A DNA stretch of 64,000 bases, taken from contig CAWFVK010000009.1 of NCBI GenBank assembly GCA_963819215.1, positions 209,267-273,266 of the forward strand, written 5' to 3'. Below the pieces are notes generated by a model. The model was not told the origin of the DNA. It was given only the letters and a program-made list of their open reading frames with translations, and did no database searches. The DNA is from an uncultured Actinomycetota bacterium (GTDB taxonomy: Bacteria > Actinomycetota > Actinomycetes > Prado026). Shown here piece by piece: positions 28,621 through 39,797 of the stretch; within the stretch, counting starts at the first letter, position 1; each line of letters begins with the position of its first letter. The position numbers and the translations under genes were made by a program.

Positions 28621-30375
28621 TCAGATCCAGCTGCGGAACCACATCCGCCGCAGCCAGTCGGCGTTGCTCATGAGGTCGCCGACCAGGATCGGCCAGAGCC
28701 AGGCCGTGTCCGCGAGGACCAGCAGGAGATAGACCCCGACGGCGGCCGAACCGAAGAACCTGCGGTTCGGCGACGCTCCGCGCTCGCCGATCACCGAGCT
28801 GAGCAGCAGCGTCAGGCCGAGGATCATGAACGGGGCGAAGCAGACCGCGTAGAAGGTGAAGATGGTGCGGTCGGTCCCGAGCCACGGGACCCAGCCGGCG
28901 AGGATGCCCGCCAGAGCGGCACCCGCCCGCCAGTCCCGGGCACCAGCCCAGCGCCACACCAGCCAGACCGCAGCGGCGGTGGCCGCCCACCAGATCGCCG
29001 GGGTCCCGATCGAGGTGACCTCTCGCACGCAGCTCGAGGCCGTGCAGCCGGCCTCGCCCTGCTTGAGGTTGACCGACCAGAAGGCGGTCGGCCGGGCCTG
29101 GATGAGCCACCCGATCGCCTTGGCCGCGTAGGGGTGGTAGCTCGTCAGGTGCGTGTGGAAGTAGTACATCTGCTGGTGGTAGCCGATGAGCGCCCGCACG
29201 CTGTCCGGCAGGAACGTCGGTCCGCCGCGGGAGAGGTCCCAGTCGCGCTTCTGGTGCCCGAAGGTGATCAGCCAGGGGAGCCAGGTCACGGCGTAGACGG
29301 CGAACGCGACCGGCAGCGTCGTCAGCAGGGCCTGCCACGCGTCGCGGACGAGCATCGCCCAGAACGGCCAGCGGACGCCCGCCGTCTTGCGCGCGCCCCA
29401 GTCCCAGCACAGCGACATCACGACGAAGAGCAGCAGGAAGTAGAGCCCACTCCACTTCGTCGCGCAGGCGAGCCCCAGCAGGACGGCGGCGGTGATCCGC
29501 CACGGTCGCCAGCCCAGCCAGGGCCCGTGCTCCAGCGGGCCCACGCGGGGCTCGGCCGGGGGCGTCCAGAACTGGGAGTCCGCCGTCGGCGACGGAGGTC
29601 CGTCGGCGGAGTAGACCCCGGACTCGCCGAGGTACGGGGCTGCGCCGACGGGGACGGCGAGCTCGAGCCGGCGTGCTGCCTGGCGTTGTTCCGCCCAGTC
29701 GGCGAGCCTGGCCCGCGACTTGTCCCTGTCGATCACCAGCGCGCCGAAACCGGCGAGCACGAAGAACGCCAACGTGATGTCGAGCAGCCCGGTGCGGGAG
29801 AGGACGATCGACAGGCTGTCCAGCGCGAGCAGCAGTCCGGCGATGCAGCCGATGAGCGTCGAGCGGGTCATCCGCCGCACGATCCGCGCCAGCATCAGGA
29901 CCATGAGCGTGCCGAGGACCGCCGGCACCACGCGCCAGCCGAACGGGTTGGCCCCGAAGATCCACTCGCCGACCCCGATGGTCCACTTGCCGACCGGCGG
30001 GTGCACGACGTACTCGGCCATGCCGGTGAAGACGTTCGAGTTGCCGGCCAGGATCTTGTCGTTGGCGTCGCTGACGGTGACCTGCTCGTACCCGTACCGG
30101 ATGAGCGACAGGGCGTCCTTGGCGTAGTACGTCTCGTCGAAGGAGAAGACGTGCGGCTGGCCGAGGTTCACGAAGCGCAGGAATCCGCCGATCGCGGTGA
30201 CGACGAGCGGTCCGCCCCAGCCCCACCAGCCGTCCTGCGGCATCGGGGGGAGCAGCCGCTCGCGGACGGATCGGCGGGGCGCGTCACCGTCGGCGCCGTC
30301 GCTGGTCACGGGGGTGGGGTCGTCAGGACTCGCGTCGTCCGTGAGGTCGGCATCCGCCGCCAGCGTGCCGCTCAT
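28621..30375 (-). CDS. pmt: Dolichyl/polyprenyl-phosphate-mannose--protein mannosyltransferase (GT39)
   Basis: Contains GFLRFVNLGQPHVFSFDETYYAKDALSLIRYGYE (the loop-1 DE motif) and many TM segments. ATG 30375 (MSGTLAAD..) is preferred; the ORF track starts at 30414. Confidence 0.88.
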   Translation of the reverse strand: MSGTLAADADLTDDASPDDPTPVTSDGADGDAPRRSVRERLLPPMPQDGWWGWGGPLVVTAIGGFLRFVNLGQPHVFSFDETYYAKDALSLIRYGYEQVTVSDANDKILAGNSNVFTGMAEYVVHPPVGKWTIGVGEWIFGANPFGWRVVPAVLGTLMVLMLARIVRRMTRSTLIGCIAGLLLALDSLSIVLSRTGLLDITLAFFVLAGFGALVIDRDKSRARLADWAEQRQAARRLELAVPVGAAPYLGESGVYSADGPPSPTADSQFWTPPAEPRVGPLEHGPWLGWRPWRITAAVLLGLACATKWSGLYFLLLFVVMSLCWDWGARKTAGVRWPFWAMLVRDAWQALLTTLPVAFAVYAVTWLPWLITFGHQKRDWDLSRGGPTFLPDSVRALIGYHQQMYYFHTHLTSYHPYAAKAIGWLIQARPTAFWSVNLKQGEAGCTASSCVREVTSIGTPAIWWAATAAAVWLVWRWAGARDWRAGAALAGILAGWVPWLGTDRTIFTFYAVCFAPFMILGLTLLLSSVIGERGASPNRRFFGSAAVGVYLLLVLADTAWLWPILVGDLMSNADWLRRMWFRSWI

Positions 30376-30431
30376 CCGGTCATCGTAGGCAACGAGGCTG
30401 GGAATCAGTCGCACCCTGGCAAGATGCGCAC

Positions 30432-31296
30432 GTGAGCGGTCTGCTGGTCCTCGCGGGCACCCCGATCGGCGACCCTCGCGACGCTCCCCCTCGGCTGGCG
30501 GACGAGCTGCGCCGCGCCGACCTCATCGCGGCCGAGGACACCCGCCGGCTGCGCCGGCTGCTCGCGGCGCTGGGACTGGTCGTCGGGGTCGACGTGCTCG
30601 GCACGATCGTCAGCTACCACGAGCACAACGAGGCCAGCGCGGACCGCTGGCCTCGTCGAGGCGCTCAGCAACGGCGCCAGGGTGCTGCTCGTGACCGACG
30701 CCGGGATGCCGTCGGTCTCCGACCCCGGGTTCCGGCTCGTCGCGGCGGCGGTCGCTGGCCGGGGTGCGGGTGACCGCCGTCCCAGGTCCGAGCGCGGTGC
30801 TGACGGCGCTGGCGGTGTCCGGGCTGCCGGTCGACCGTTTCTGCTTCGAAGGGTTCCTGCCGCGCAAGGCCGGTGAGCGCGCTGCCCGCCTCGCGGGGCT
30901 GGCCGGCGACCCGCGGACGCTGGTCTTCTTCGAGGCGCCGCACCGGTTGGCCGTGATGCTCGAGGCGCTGGTCGGTGCGTTCGGGCCGGACCGATCGGCG
31001 GCCGTCTGCCGGGAGCTCACGAAGACGTACGAGGAGGTCCGGCGTGGCCCGCTGGCCGAGCTCGCAGCTTGGGCCGCCGGCGGCGTCCGCGGCGAGGTGA
31101 CCGTCGTCGTCTCCGGCGCCCCCGCCCCGGGTCCGGTCCTGACGGTCCACCGTCGGCCACCGAGCTCGCGCGGCAGGTCGCCGAGCGGGAGGCCGCGGGC
31201 CAGCCCCGCAAGGACGCCATCGCCGAGGTCGCTCGCACCCTCGGGCTGCCGAAGCGGTCGGTGTTCGACGCGGTCGTCGCCGCGAGGACCCGGTGA
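30432..31296 (+). pseudogene. rsmI: 16S rRNA (cytidine1402-2'-O)-methyltransferase with three frame changes (about 30635, 30762 and 31135)
   Basis: The pieces are MSGLLVLAGTPIGDPRDAPPRLADELRRADLIAAEDTRR / [35 protein letters not shown] / [54 protein letters not shown] / ..[25 protein letters not shown]. Confidence 0.88.
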
Positions 31297-31344
31297 GCCC
31301 GCGCGGGCGGCAAACGGCCTCGACGTGCTCGATATCCTTGAGGC

Positions 31345-32954
31345 ATGCCCGAGCGCCCCGAACCGACCGCCGAGAAGGCCTTCTTCGTCACGACCCCGAT
31401 CTACTACGTCAACGACGCGCCGCACATCGGGCATGCCTACACCACGGTCGCCGGCGACGTCCTCACCCGCTGGCACCGCCAGCGCGGCGAGAAGGTCTGG
31501 TTCCTGACCGGGACGGACGAGCACGGCGAGAAGGTGCTGCGCTCGGCGCAGGCCCACGACATGGCCCCGCAGGAGTGGTGCGACCGGCTCGTGGAGACCG
31601 CCTGGAAGCCCGTGCTCACCACGATCGACGCCGCCAACGACGACTTCATCCGCACCACCGAGCCTCGGCACACCGTCCGGGTCCAGGCCTTCCTGCAGAA
31701 CCTCTACGACGCCGGCGAGATCTACGAGGACCTCTACGAGGGGCCCGTACTGCGTGTCGTGCGAGGAGTTCAAGCTCCCGGGTGACCTGCGCGAGGGCGA
31801 CGGCGAGTACGCCGGCTCGATGGTCTGCCTGATCCACGGCACGCCGGTCGAGCTGCTGTCCGAGCGCAACTGGTTCTTCCGGCTGTCCAGCTACACCGAC
31901 CGCCTCCTCGAGCACTACGCCGAGCACCCCGAGGCTGTCGAGCCGGCCAGCGCCCGCAACGAGGTCCTGTCGTTCCTGCGCGGCGGCCTGCAGGACCTCT
32001 CCATCTCGCGGTCGAGCTTCGACTGGGGCATCCCCGTTCCCTGGGACCCGGACCAGGTCGTGTACGTCTGGTTCGACGCGTTGCTGAACTACGCGACTGC
32101 GGTGGGGCTCTGCGACGAGCCAGGGACGCCGGGTGGGGAGAAGTTCGCCAGCACGTTCCCCGCGGACGTCCACCTCGTCGGCAAGGACATCCTGCGGTTC
32201 CACGCGGTGATCTGGCCGGCCATGCTGATGGCTGCCCAGCTCCCGTTGCCCCGCAAGGTCTTCGCGCACGGCTGGCTGCTCGTGGGCGGGGAGAAGATGA
32301 GCAAGACCAAGCTCACCGGGATCGCGCCGAGCGACATCATCGACACCTTCGGGTCGGACGCCTTCCGCTACTACTTCCTGCGGGCCATCGCCTTCGGGTC
32401 CGACGGCTCGTTCTCCTGGGAGGACATGCAGCGCGCGGTACACCGCCGAGCTCGCCAACGGCTTCGGCAACCTCGCGTCGAGGGTCGCTGCGATGGTCAA
32501 CCGCTACTGCGACGGCGTGCTTCCTGCCGAGGGCGAGGTCGGCGAGGCCGAGCGCGCGGTGCACGAGGCAGCCCGGGTCGCCGCGGCGGCCGCGGACGAC
32601 GCCGTCCTGGCGCTCGACTTCGCTGGCGGGCTCGACGCCGTGTGGGGTCTGGTCGATCGCCTGAACGGCTACCTCACCGAGCAGCAGCCCTGGCAGGTCG
32701 CGAAGGACGACACCCAACGCGCCCGCCTGGAGACGATTCTCTACACGGCCGCCGAGGGACTGCGGGTGCTGGCGGTGCTGCTCAACGCGTTCCTGCCCAA
32801 GGCCAGCGCAGCGCTGTGGGAGTCGCTCGGGGCGCAGCCCAAGCTCGGTCCGCTCGCGGAGCAGCCGATCGGCCAGGCAGGTCGCTGGGGGCAGCTCCCG
32901 GCCGGGCTGCTCGTGACGAAGGGCGCGGTGCTGTTCCCGAGGGTCGAGGAGTAG
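31345..32954 (+). pseudogene. metG: Methionine--tRNA ligase with two frame changes (about 31745 and 32437)
   Basis: The pieces are [23 protein letters not shown] (HIGH) .. YEGP / YCVSCEEFKLPGDL..WFDALLNY..HLVGKDILRFHAVIWPAML..GEKMSKTKLTG (KMSKS) / ..AELANGFGNLASRVAAMVNRY..LFPRVEE*. The first break is at gaggggcccgtactgc. Confidence 0.92.
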
Positions 32955-33839
32955 TGGCGGGCGAGCCGGTCCGCGAACGATCCTCGTCCGGGCGCACCCG
33001 GGACACGTCGTACCCGCCCGCGCCGGACCAGCTCCCGGTCGAGGTGCTCGACAGCCACTGCCACCTCGACATCCGGGACGGCGACGCCTGGCTGTCCGTC
33101 GAGGACGCCCTCGCCGCCTCTGCTGCCGTCGGCGTGCCGCGCATCGTCCAGATCGGCTGCGACCTCCCGAGCGCTCGATGGTCGGTGGAGGTGGCCGAGC
33201 AGCACGCCAGCATCGTCGCCGGCGTGGCTCTGCACCCGAACGAGGCGCCCCGCATCCACGCCGAGCAAGGCAGCGCCGCGCTCGACGCCGCCCTCGCCGA
33301 GATCGACGCGCTGGCGACGTCGTCGCGGGTGCGCGTGATCGGCGAGACCGGCCTCGACTACTTCCGCACGGAGCCAGCAGGCCGTGCTGTGCAACAAGAA
33401 TCGTTCCGGCAGCACATCGCGCTGGCGAAGAAGCACGACAAGGTGCTGATGATCCACGACCGTGACGCGCACGCCGACGTGCTGCGGATCCTGCGGGAGC
33501 GAGGGCGCCCCGAAGGCGGTGGTGTTCCACTGCTTCAGCGGCGACGCCGCGATGGCCCGCGAGTGCGTCGACGCCGGCTACGTCCTGTCCTTCGCCGGGA
33601 CGGTGACCTTCAAGAACGCAGCGAGCCTGCGGGACGCCCTGCGCGCGACGCCGCTCGAGTCGCTGCTGGTCGAGACCGATGCTCCGTTCCTCACCCCGAC
33701 CCCGTACCGCGGCCGCCCGAACGCCTCGTTCCTCATCCCGCTGACGGTGCGTGCCATGGCCGCGGAGAAGCAGGTCGACGTCGCCGAGCTCTGCGCCGCG
33801 ATCGCGACGACGGGCGAGCGGTTGTTCGGGCCCTTCTGA
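32954..33839 (+). pseudogene. TatD family hydrolase with one frameshift near 33500
   Basis: VLDSHCHLDIRDG..GVALHPNEA..IGETGLDYFR..QQESFRQHIALAKKHDKVLMIHDRDAHADVLRIL is followed, in frame 33462-33839, by AVVFHCFSGD..LSFAGTVTFKNA..LLVETDAPFLTPTPYRG. Confidence 0.85.
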
Positions 33840-33944
33840 GCCCCCGCATTGCCAGGCGAGGGCCCGCTCCGTTAGCGTGCTGGGTCATTGGCCGGAGTCG
33901 GGGAAGCTTCGGCGGCGCGTACGGCTGCTCAATGGATCCCGCAC

Positions 33945-33970
33945 CACCTGATCTCGAACACCTGATCTCG
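33945..33970. repeat. Tandem direct repeat cacctgatctcg (two copies, 14-nt period) in the rpfB leader
   Basis: gcaccac-ctgatctcg-aa-cac-ctgatctcg-caccac, read directly from the sequence. It lies inside the 218-nt lower-GC spacer 33840-34057. Confidence 0.8.
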
Positions 33971-34057
33971 CACCACGGATCGCGCATCGTTGACCACGCC
34001 GTAGACCTTTGACGTGCCGCCTGCCCGTGCCCGGGTACTGCGAGAGCTGGAGGCAGC

Positions 34058-35209
34058 GTGCGCGCACGTCCGCTTGCCCTGGCTCTGTACGGCGTGCTCG
34101 CTGCCGCACTGATCGCCGGGCCTGTCGCGTACGTGCTCTCGGAGAAGTCGGTCACCCTCGACGTCGACGGCCAGGTCTCCACGGTCCAGTCCTACGCCGG
34201 CACGGTCGGCGAGCTCCTGCACCAGCAGGACGTCCGCTTCGACAACCGCGACGTCGTCTCACCGAGCCCCGCCGAGCGGCTGCAGAACGGCGAGCGCATC
34301 GCCGTCGTGAACGCCCGCCCCGTCACCATCACCATCGACGGCACCCCGGTCGCGATCTGGACCACGGCACAGACCGTCGCCGAGCTGAGCTCCAGCTTCG
34401 GCGTGCGGTTCGAGGACGCCTATCTCTCGACGTCACGGTCGACCCGTATCCCGTTGTCGGGGCTGTCGTTGAGCGCGCGGATGCCCAAGGCGGTGACCGT
34501 CGTCGACGCCGGCCACCGCACAGCTCTGGTGACGACCGCGGCGACCTGGGCTCAGGTCCTGAGCGATGCCGGGATCGCCGTGAGCGCGCAGGACCTCACC
34601 AGCCTCGACCCGTCGAGCGCACCGACTGACGGCGCGGTCGACACCATCACCCGCATCACCTTGTCCAAGGGCCAGCGGCTGGTACGCGTGCAGTACCCGA
34701 TCGTCCACCGCCCGTCGGCGTTGCTCTACGTCGGGACGTCGAAGGTGGTGCAGCAGGGTCACTTCGGCGGGGTCCTGCAGACCTGGCACTACACGTACAA
34801 GAACGGCAAGCAGGTCGCTGCCACGATGGTCAGCTCGAAGCAGGTCAGCCCCGCGATCTCGGAGATCGTCGCCGTCGGCACGAAGGCCCGACCGGTCGCC
34901 ACGGTGACGCAGGCCCCGGTCGCGAAGACCACGGCCCCGACGCCCACGAAGCCGCCGGCGACGTCGGTCGACTCGCTCGACTGGTCAGCGCTCGCCCAGT
35001 GCGAGTCGGGCGGCAACCCGCAGGCGGTGGGCGGCGGCGGGCTCTACTTCGGGCTGTACCAGTTCATGGTCAGCACCTGGCAGGCGATGGGCGGCTCGGG
35101 CAACCCGATCAACGCCTCGGCGGCCGAGCAGACCTACCGGGCCAAGCTCCTGTACCTCCGCAGCGGTGCCGGCAGCTGGCCGTACTGCGGCCAGTTCCTG
35201 TTCAAGTGA
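34058..35209 (+). CDS. rpfB: Resuscitation-promoting factor RpfB-like (DUF348 repeats, G5, Rpf transglycosylase domain)
   Basis: N-terminal TM, three DUF348-like repeats ([23 protein letters not shown].., [22 protein letters not shown].., [23 protein letters not shown]..), a G5 region, and the C-terminal [24 protein letters not shown]. Confidence 0.88.
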   Translation: MRARPLALALYGVLAAALIAGPVAYVLSEKSVTLDVDGQVSTVQSYAGTVGELLHQQDVRFDNRDVVSPSPAERLQNGERIAVVNARPVTITIDGTPVAIWTTAQTVAELSSSFGVRFEDAYLSTSRSTRIPLSGLSLSARMPKAVTVVDAGHRTALVTTAATWAQVLSDAGIAVSAQDLTSLDPSSAPTDGAVDTITRITLSKGQRLVRVQYPIVHRPSALLYVGTSKVVQQGHFGGVLQTWHYTYKNGKQVAATMVSSKQVSPAISEIVAVGTKARPVATVTQAPVAKTTAPTPTKPPATSVDSLDWSALAQCESGGNPQAVGGGGLYFGLYQFMVSTWQAMGGSGNPINASAAEQTYRAKLLYLRSGAGSWPYCGQFLFK

Positions 35210-35252
35210 CCGGTGCTGCGGAGCGGCAGTCGCGCCCGTCGGCCGCCCAGGA

Positions 35253-36126
35253 GTGAGTGGCGCCTCAGCCTTGCTGGGTCCCGCCGAGGTCCGTGCGCTC
35301 GCGGCGCAGCTCGGCCTGCGACCGACCAAGTCGCGTGGGCAGAACTTCGTCATCGACCCGAACACGGTGCGACGCATCGCGGCTGCCGCTGACCTGGTCG
35401 GCCGACGACGTCGTGCTCGAGGTCGGTCCTGGCCTCGGTTCGCTGACCTTGGCGTTGCTGCCGCTGGTTCGTTCGGTGGTCGCGGTGGAGATCGACGCCG
35501 GCCTGGCCCGGCAGCTGCCGGCGACCGTGGCCGACCGCGCGCCCACCTTGGCCGGCCAACTGCACGTCGTCGAGGCCGACGCGCTGACGGTGACCGCCGC
35601 CGACCTCGCTGGGCCGGCGCCCACCGCGCTGGTGGCCAACCTGCCCTACAACGTCTCGGTGCCGGTGCTGCTCCATCTGCTCGAGGTGCTGCCGTCGCTG
35701 ACGCACGTGCTCGTGCTCGTGCAGGCAGAGGTGGCCGACAGGCTGGCCGCGGGGCCGGGCTCCAAGGTCTACGGCGTGCCGTCGGTCAAGGCGCGGTGGT
35801 ACGCCGACGTCCGACGTGCGGGCTCGGTGGGACGCACCGTGTTCTGGCCCGCCCCCAACGTCGACTCGGGCCTGGTCGCGATGACCCGACGGCAGCCACC
35901 TCTGACCTCGGCCAGCCGCGCAGAGGTGTTCGCCGTGGTGGACGCCGCCTTCGGCCAGCGACGCAAGACGATGCGGGCAGCTCTGGCCGGCTGGGCCGGC
36001 TCCGCCGCTGCCGCCGAGCAGGCCTTGCGGGCCGCCGGCGTCGACCCGCAGGTGCGCGGCGAGCAGCTCACCATCGAGACCTTCGCGCGCATCGCCGAGC
36101 AGCGTCCGGTCGCGCTGGCCCCGTAG
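35253..36126 (+). pseudogene. rsmA: 16S rRNA (adenine1518/1519-N6)-dimethyltransferase with one frameshift near 35400
   Basis: GTG 35253 follows CCAGGAG and gives ..[42 protein letters not shown]. The 35257 frame then carries [37 protein letters not shown].. Confidence 0.9.
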
Positions 36127-36135
36127 AGTCCAGGG

Positions 36136-37075
36136 GTGCCCAGGACCGCGGTGACCGTGCGCGTCCCGGCCAAGGTGAACCTCCAGCTGTCGGTCGGCGC
36201 GCGCCGCCCGGACGGCTACCACGACCTCGTCACGGTCTTCCAGGCGATCAGCGTCTACGACGACGTCACGGCGGTCGCCGGCGAGCAGGGCAGCGGTGTC
36301 CACGTCACCGTCGAGGGCGACGGCGCCGAGCACGTCCCGCTCGACGGCAGCAACCTGGCCACCAGGGCTGCCGTGCTGCTGGCCGAGCAGGCCGGGCGTC
36401 ATCCCTGACGTGCGCCTGCACGTCCACAAGCGGATCCCCGTCGCGGGTGGCATGGCCGGCGGGAGCGCCGATGCAGCTGCGACGCTGCTGGCGTGCGACA
36501 CGCTGTGGGCGCTGCGCACGGACCGCCAGGTGCTGCACGAGCTCGCGGCGCGCCTCGGCGCCGACGTCCCTTTCGGTCTGGTCGGCGGGACGGCGGTCGG
36601 GCTCGGCACGGGGACGCAGCTGACCGCCGCGCTGGCTCGCGGTCGCTTCCACTGGGTGCTCGCGCTCGCCGAGGACGGCCTGTCCACGGCAGAGGTGTTC
36701 GCGACCTTCGACGACCTCTCCGCGCAGTCCATCCGCCCGGAGCCGCACCTGCTCGACGACCTCATGTCGGCGCTGCGTGCCGGCGACGCGACCAGGCTCG
36801 GCAGAGCGCTGCACAACGACCTGCAACGGGCTGCCCTGGAGCTCCGGCCGGCGCTGCAGTTCACCCTCGACCTCGGCGAGGAGTACGGCGCGCTGGCCGC
36901 CGTGGTGTCCGGGTCGGGACCGACCGTCGCCTTCCTCGCCAAGGACGACACCAACGCGCTGGACCTCGCTGCTGCGCTGTCCTCGGCCGGGGTCTGCCGG
37001 GCCGCGGTCACCGCCGAGGGTCCGGTGCCCGGGGCGAAGGTGCTGGACGTCGCCGAGCCACCGGACACCTGGTGA
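36136..37075 (+). pseudogene. ispE: 4-(cytidine 5'-diphospho)-2-C-methyl-D-erythritol kinase with one frameshift near 36392
   Basis: [35 protein letters not shown] is followed, in frame 36296-37075, by [39 protein letters not shown]. Confidence 0.9.
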
Positions 37076-37082
37076 GCCCAGC

Positions 37083-38858
37083 ATGAGCAGCACCGGTCCC
37101 AACCTGCTCAACCTCGAGGACGTCCGGCTGGCGTACGGCACCAGGACCTTGCTCGACGGTGTCTCGCTCGGTGTCGCCGCCGGCGAGCGCGTCGGCGTGG
37201 TCGGCCGTAACGGCGGCGGCAAGACGACCCTGCTGGAGGTGCTGGCCGGTCGCCGGACCCCCGACGGCGGCCGGGTCACGCACGCGGGTGGTCTGCGCGT
37301 CGGCTACCTCGCGCAGCAGGACGACCTCGACCCCACGGTGACGGTCCGGTTCGCGGTGGTCGCAGACCTGCCCGAGCACGCGTGGCGGTCGGACCCGAGG
37401 ACGCGGGGGCTGACCGACGCGCTGCTCGCCGGGCTGGACCTCGACGCGCTGGTGGGGCCGCTGTCCGGCGGTGAGCGGCGCAGGGTCGCGCTGGCCAACC
37501 TGCTGGTCGAGGACCCTGACCTGCTGCTGCTGGACGAGCCGACCAACCACCTGGACGTCGAAGGCGTGGACTGGCTGGCCAGGCATCTGGCGGCCCGCAA
37601 GGGTGCCGTCGTCGCCGTGACCCACGACCGCTGGTTCCTCGATGCCGTCGCCCAGCGGATGTGGGAGGTCGGGGACGGTGACGTGCACGGCTACGAGGGC
37701 GGCTACGCGGCCTACGTCCTCGCGAAGGCCGAGCGCAACCGGCTGGCCCAGGGCGCTGCGGACCGCCGGCAGAACCTGCTGCGCAAGGAGCTCGCCTGGC
37801 TCCGCAGGGGTCCGCCGGCCCGGACCTCCAAGCCGCAGTTCCGCATCGACGCCGCCAACGCCCTGATCGCGGACGAGCCGCCGCCGCGCGACACCGTCGA
37901 GCTCACCAGGTTCGCCGGTGCTCGGCTGGGGCGCAGCGTCTACGACCTCGAGGACGTCTCGCTGGCCTTCGGTGACCGCGTCCTGCTGCGCGACGTCACC
38001 TGGCGGCCGGGACCGGGCGACCGCATCGGCGTCGTCGGCGTCAACGGGGCGGGCAAGACGACGCTGCTGCGGATCCTCGCCGGGGTCCAGCGGCCCGACT
38101 CCGGTTCGGTGCGCGTCGGCACGACGGTGCAGGCGGCCTACCTCTCGCAGGAGGTCACCGAGCTGCCGGGCGAGCTTCGAGCGCTCGAGGCCGTCGAGCA
38201 GGTCCGTTCGGTGATCGACCTCGGCAAGGGGCGCGAGATCACGGCGCTGCAGCTCGCTCGAGCGGTTCGGCTTCACCGGCGAGCGGCTGTGGACCAGGGT
38301 GCGGCGAGCTGTCCGGTGGCGAGCGCCGCCGGCTGCAGCTGCTGCGACTGCTGATGGCCGCGCCCGAACGTGCTGCTGCTGGACGAGCCGACCAACGACC
38401 TCGACGTCGAGACGCTGAACGCGCTCGAGGACCTGCTCGACGAGTGGGCCGGGACGCTGGTGGTGGTCTCGCATGACCGGTACTTCCTCGAGCGGGTCTG
38501 CGACGGCGTGGTCGGGCTGCTCGGCGATGGCCGGCTGCGCGACCTGCCCGGCGGGGTCGATGAGTACCTGCGCCTGCGCGAGGCTGCGGAGCGCGCCGCC
38601 GAGGCCACGCTCGGCGAGTCCGGTCGAGGCGTCGAGGCGCCGAGCACCCCCGAGCAGGAGCGCGCTGCCCGCAAGGCGCTGGTCCGGATCGAGCGGCAGC
38701 TCGGGAAGCTCGCTGACGCCGAGGCCCGGCTGCATGCCCAGATGGAGCAGGCCGCCACCGACCACGTGCGCGTGGGTGAGCTCGACGTGGAGCTCCGCAG
38801 TCTGCAGCGGCAGGTGGCCGAGCTCGAGGAGGAGTGGCTGCTGCTCTCGGACGACTGA
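37083..38858 (+). pseudogene. ABC-F family ATPase (two ABC domains, coiled-coil tail) with three frame changes (about 38258, 38300 and 38358)
   Basis: Domain 1 has GVVGRNGGGKTTLL..LSGGERRRVALANLL..LLLLDEPTNHLD. Domain 2 has GVVGVNGAGKTTLL. Its signature ELSGGERRRLQLLRLL is readable only after frame switches. It then continues LLLDEPTNDLD..VVVSHDRYFL. Confidence 0.85.
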
Positions 38859-38921
38859 GCGGCGCGGGCCGCTGGCTCACCGCCGGAGGTGCGGCTGAGG
38901 CTCCTGTGACATGGTGGGCCG

Positions 38922-39797
38922 GTGACCGAGACCGTGGACGTCGCCTGGGGCTCGCAGGGCGCTCGGGATCTCGCGAGCCGCACGGACATCCTGGTGCTCG
39001 TCGACGTCCTCTCGTTCACGACCTCGCTGACCATCGCGGTTGCCTGCGGGGCCGAGGTGTGGCCGTTCGCGCCGAGCTCCGACGGCGCCGAGCAGCTCGC
39101 CAGGGAGATCGGTGCCGTGCTGGCCAGGGGGCGGTCGACGCGGTCCGGCCCGACCCTGTCCCCGGCGACGCTCCTCGACCTCGAGCGAGGCAGCCGGCTC
39201 GTGCTGCCCTCGCCGAACGGCTCAGCCATCGCGCACGCCGCGCTCGGGAGCGGGGTCCCCATGGCCGCCGCCTGCCTGCGCAACGCCAGCGCCGCAGCGC
39301 GGTTCCTGGCCGACTTCCGACGGGTCGGCATCGTGGCTGCGGGTGAGCGGTGGGGCGACGGCTCGTTGCGCCCCGCCTATGAGGACCTCCTGGGTGCCGG
39401 CGTGGTCGCGGCTGACCTGTACGCGCGGGGCGCGACGGGGTCTCCCGACGCTGACGCCGCGGTGGCAGCGGCGCGCTCGCCGCGAGCGCTGGCCGAGTGC
39501 CCGTCAGGGATCGAGCTGGTCGACCGCGGCTTCGCGGAGGACGTCGCCCTCGCCGAGGAGCGCGACGTCACCGAGACGCTCCCGCTGCTGCAGTCGGGGC
39601 GGTTCAGCGCTCGCGGCACCCGCGGGCTGAGGGCGGTCAGTCCTCGGCGTCGTCGAACGGCGCGGTCACCACGCGCAGCAGCGAGGCGAGGCGGAGCCGG
39701 TCGGACGGCCGCAGGCTCGCGAGGATCGCGTTCTCCTGGGCCAGCAGGTCGGCGAGCGCAGCGTCGACCTGACGGCGCCCCGACTCGGACAAGGTGA
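38922..39797 (+). CDS. 2-phosphosulfolactate phosphatase (ComB) family protein; the 3' end is doubtful
   Basis: Contains DILVLVDVLSFTTSLTIAV..LPSPNGSAI. The ORF runs 160 nt into the convergent MarR gene. A TGA at 39628-39630 in another frame would give a normal-length product, so a late frameshift is likely. Confidence 0.55.
   Translation: MTETVDVAWGSQGARDLASRTDILVLVDVLSFTTSLTIAVACGAEVWPFAPSSDGAEQLAREIGAVLARGRSTRSGPTLSPATLLDLERGSRLVLPSPNGSAIAHAALGSGVPMAAACLRNASAAARFLADFRRVGIVAAGERWGDGSLRPAYEDLLGAGVVAADLYARGATGSPDADAAVAAARSPRALAECPSGIELVDRGFAEDVALAEERDVTETLPLLQSGRFSARGTRGLRAVSPRRRRTARSPRAAARRGGAGRTAAGSRGSRSPGPAGRRAQRRPDGAPTRTR

Noticed and set aside
33840-34057. A ydaO-type c-di-AMP riboswitch in the rpfB leader
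   Set aside because: There is some loose resemblance (ggagtcggggaagc; gatcgcgcatcgttgaccacgccgtagac). However, the conserved GGGGUGAA and CAGCUAACCUCG-like cores are absent, so I do not call it. It is kept only as an unclassified leader.
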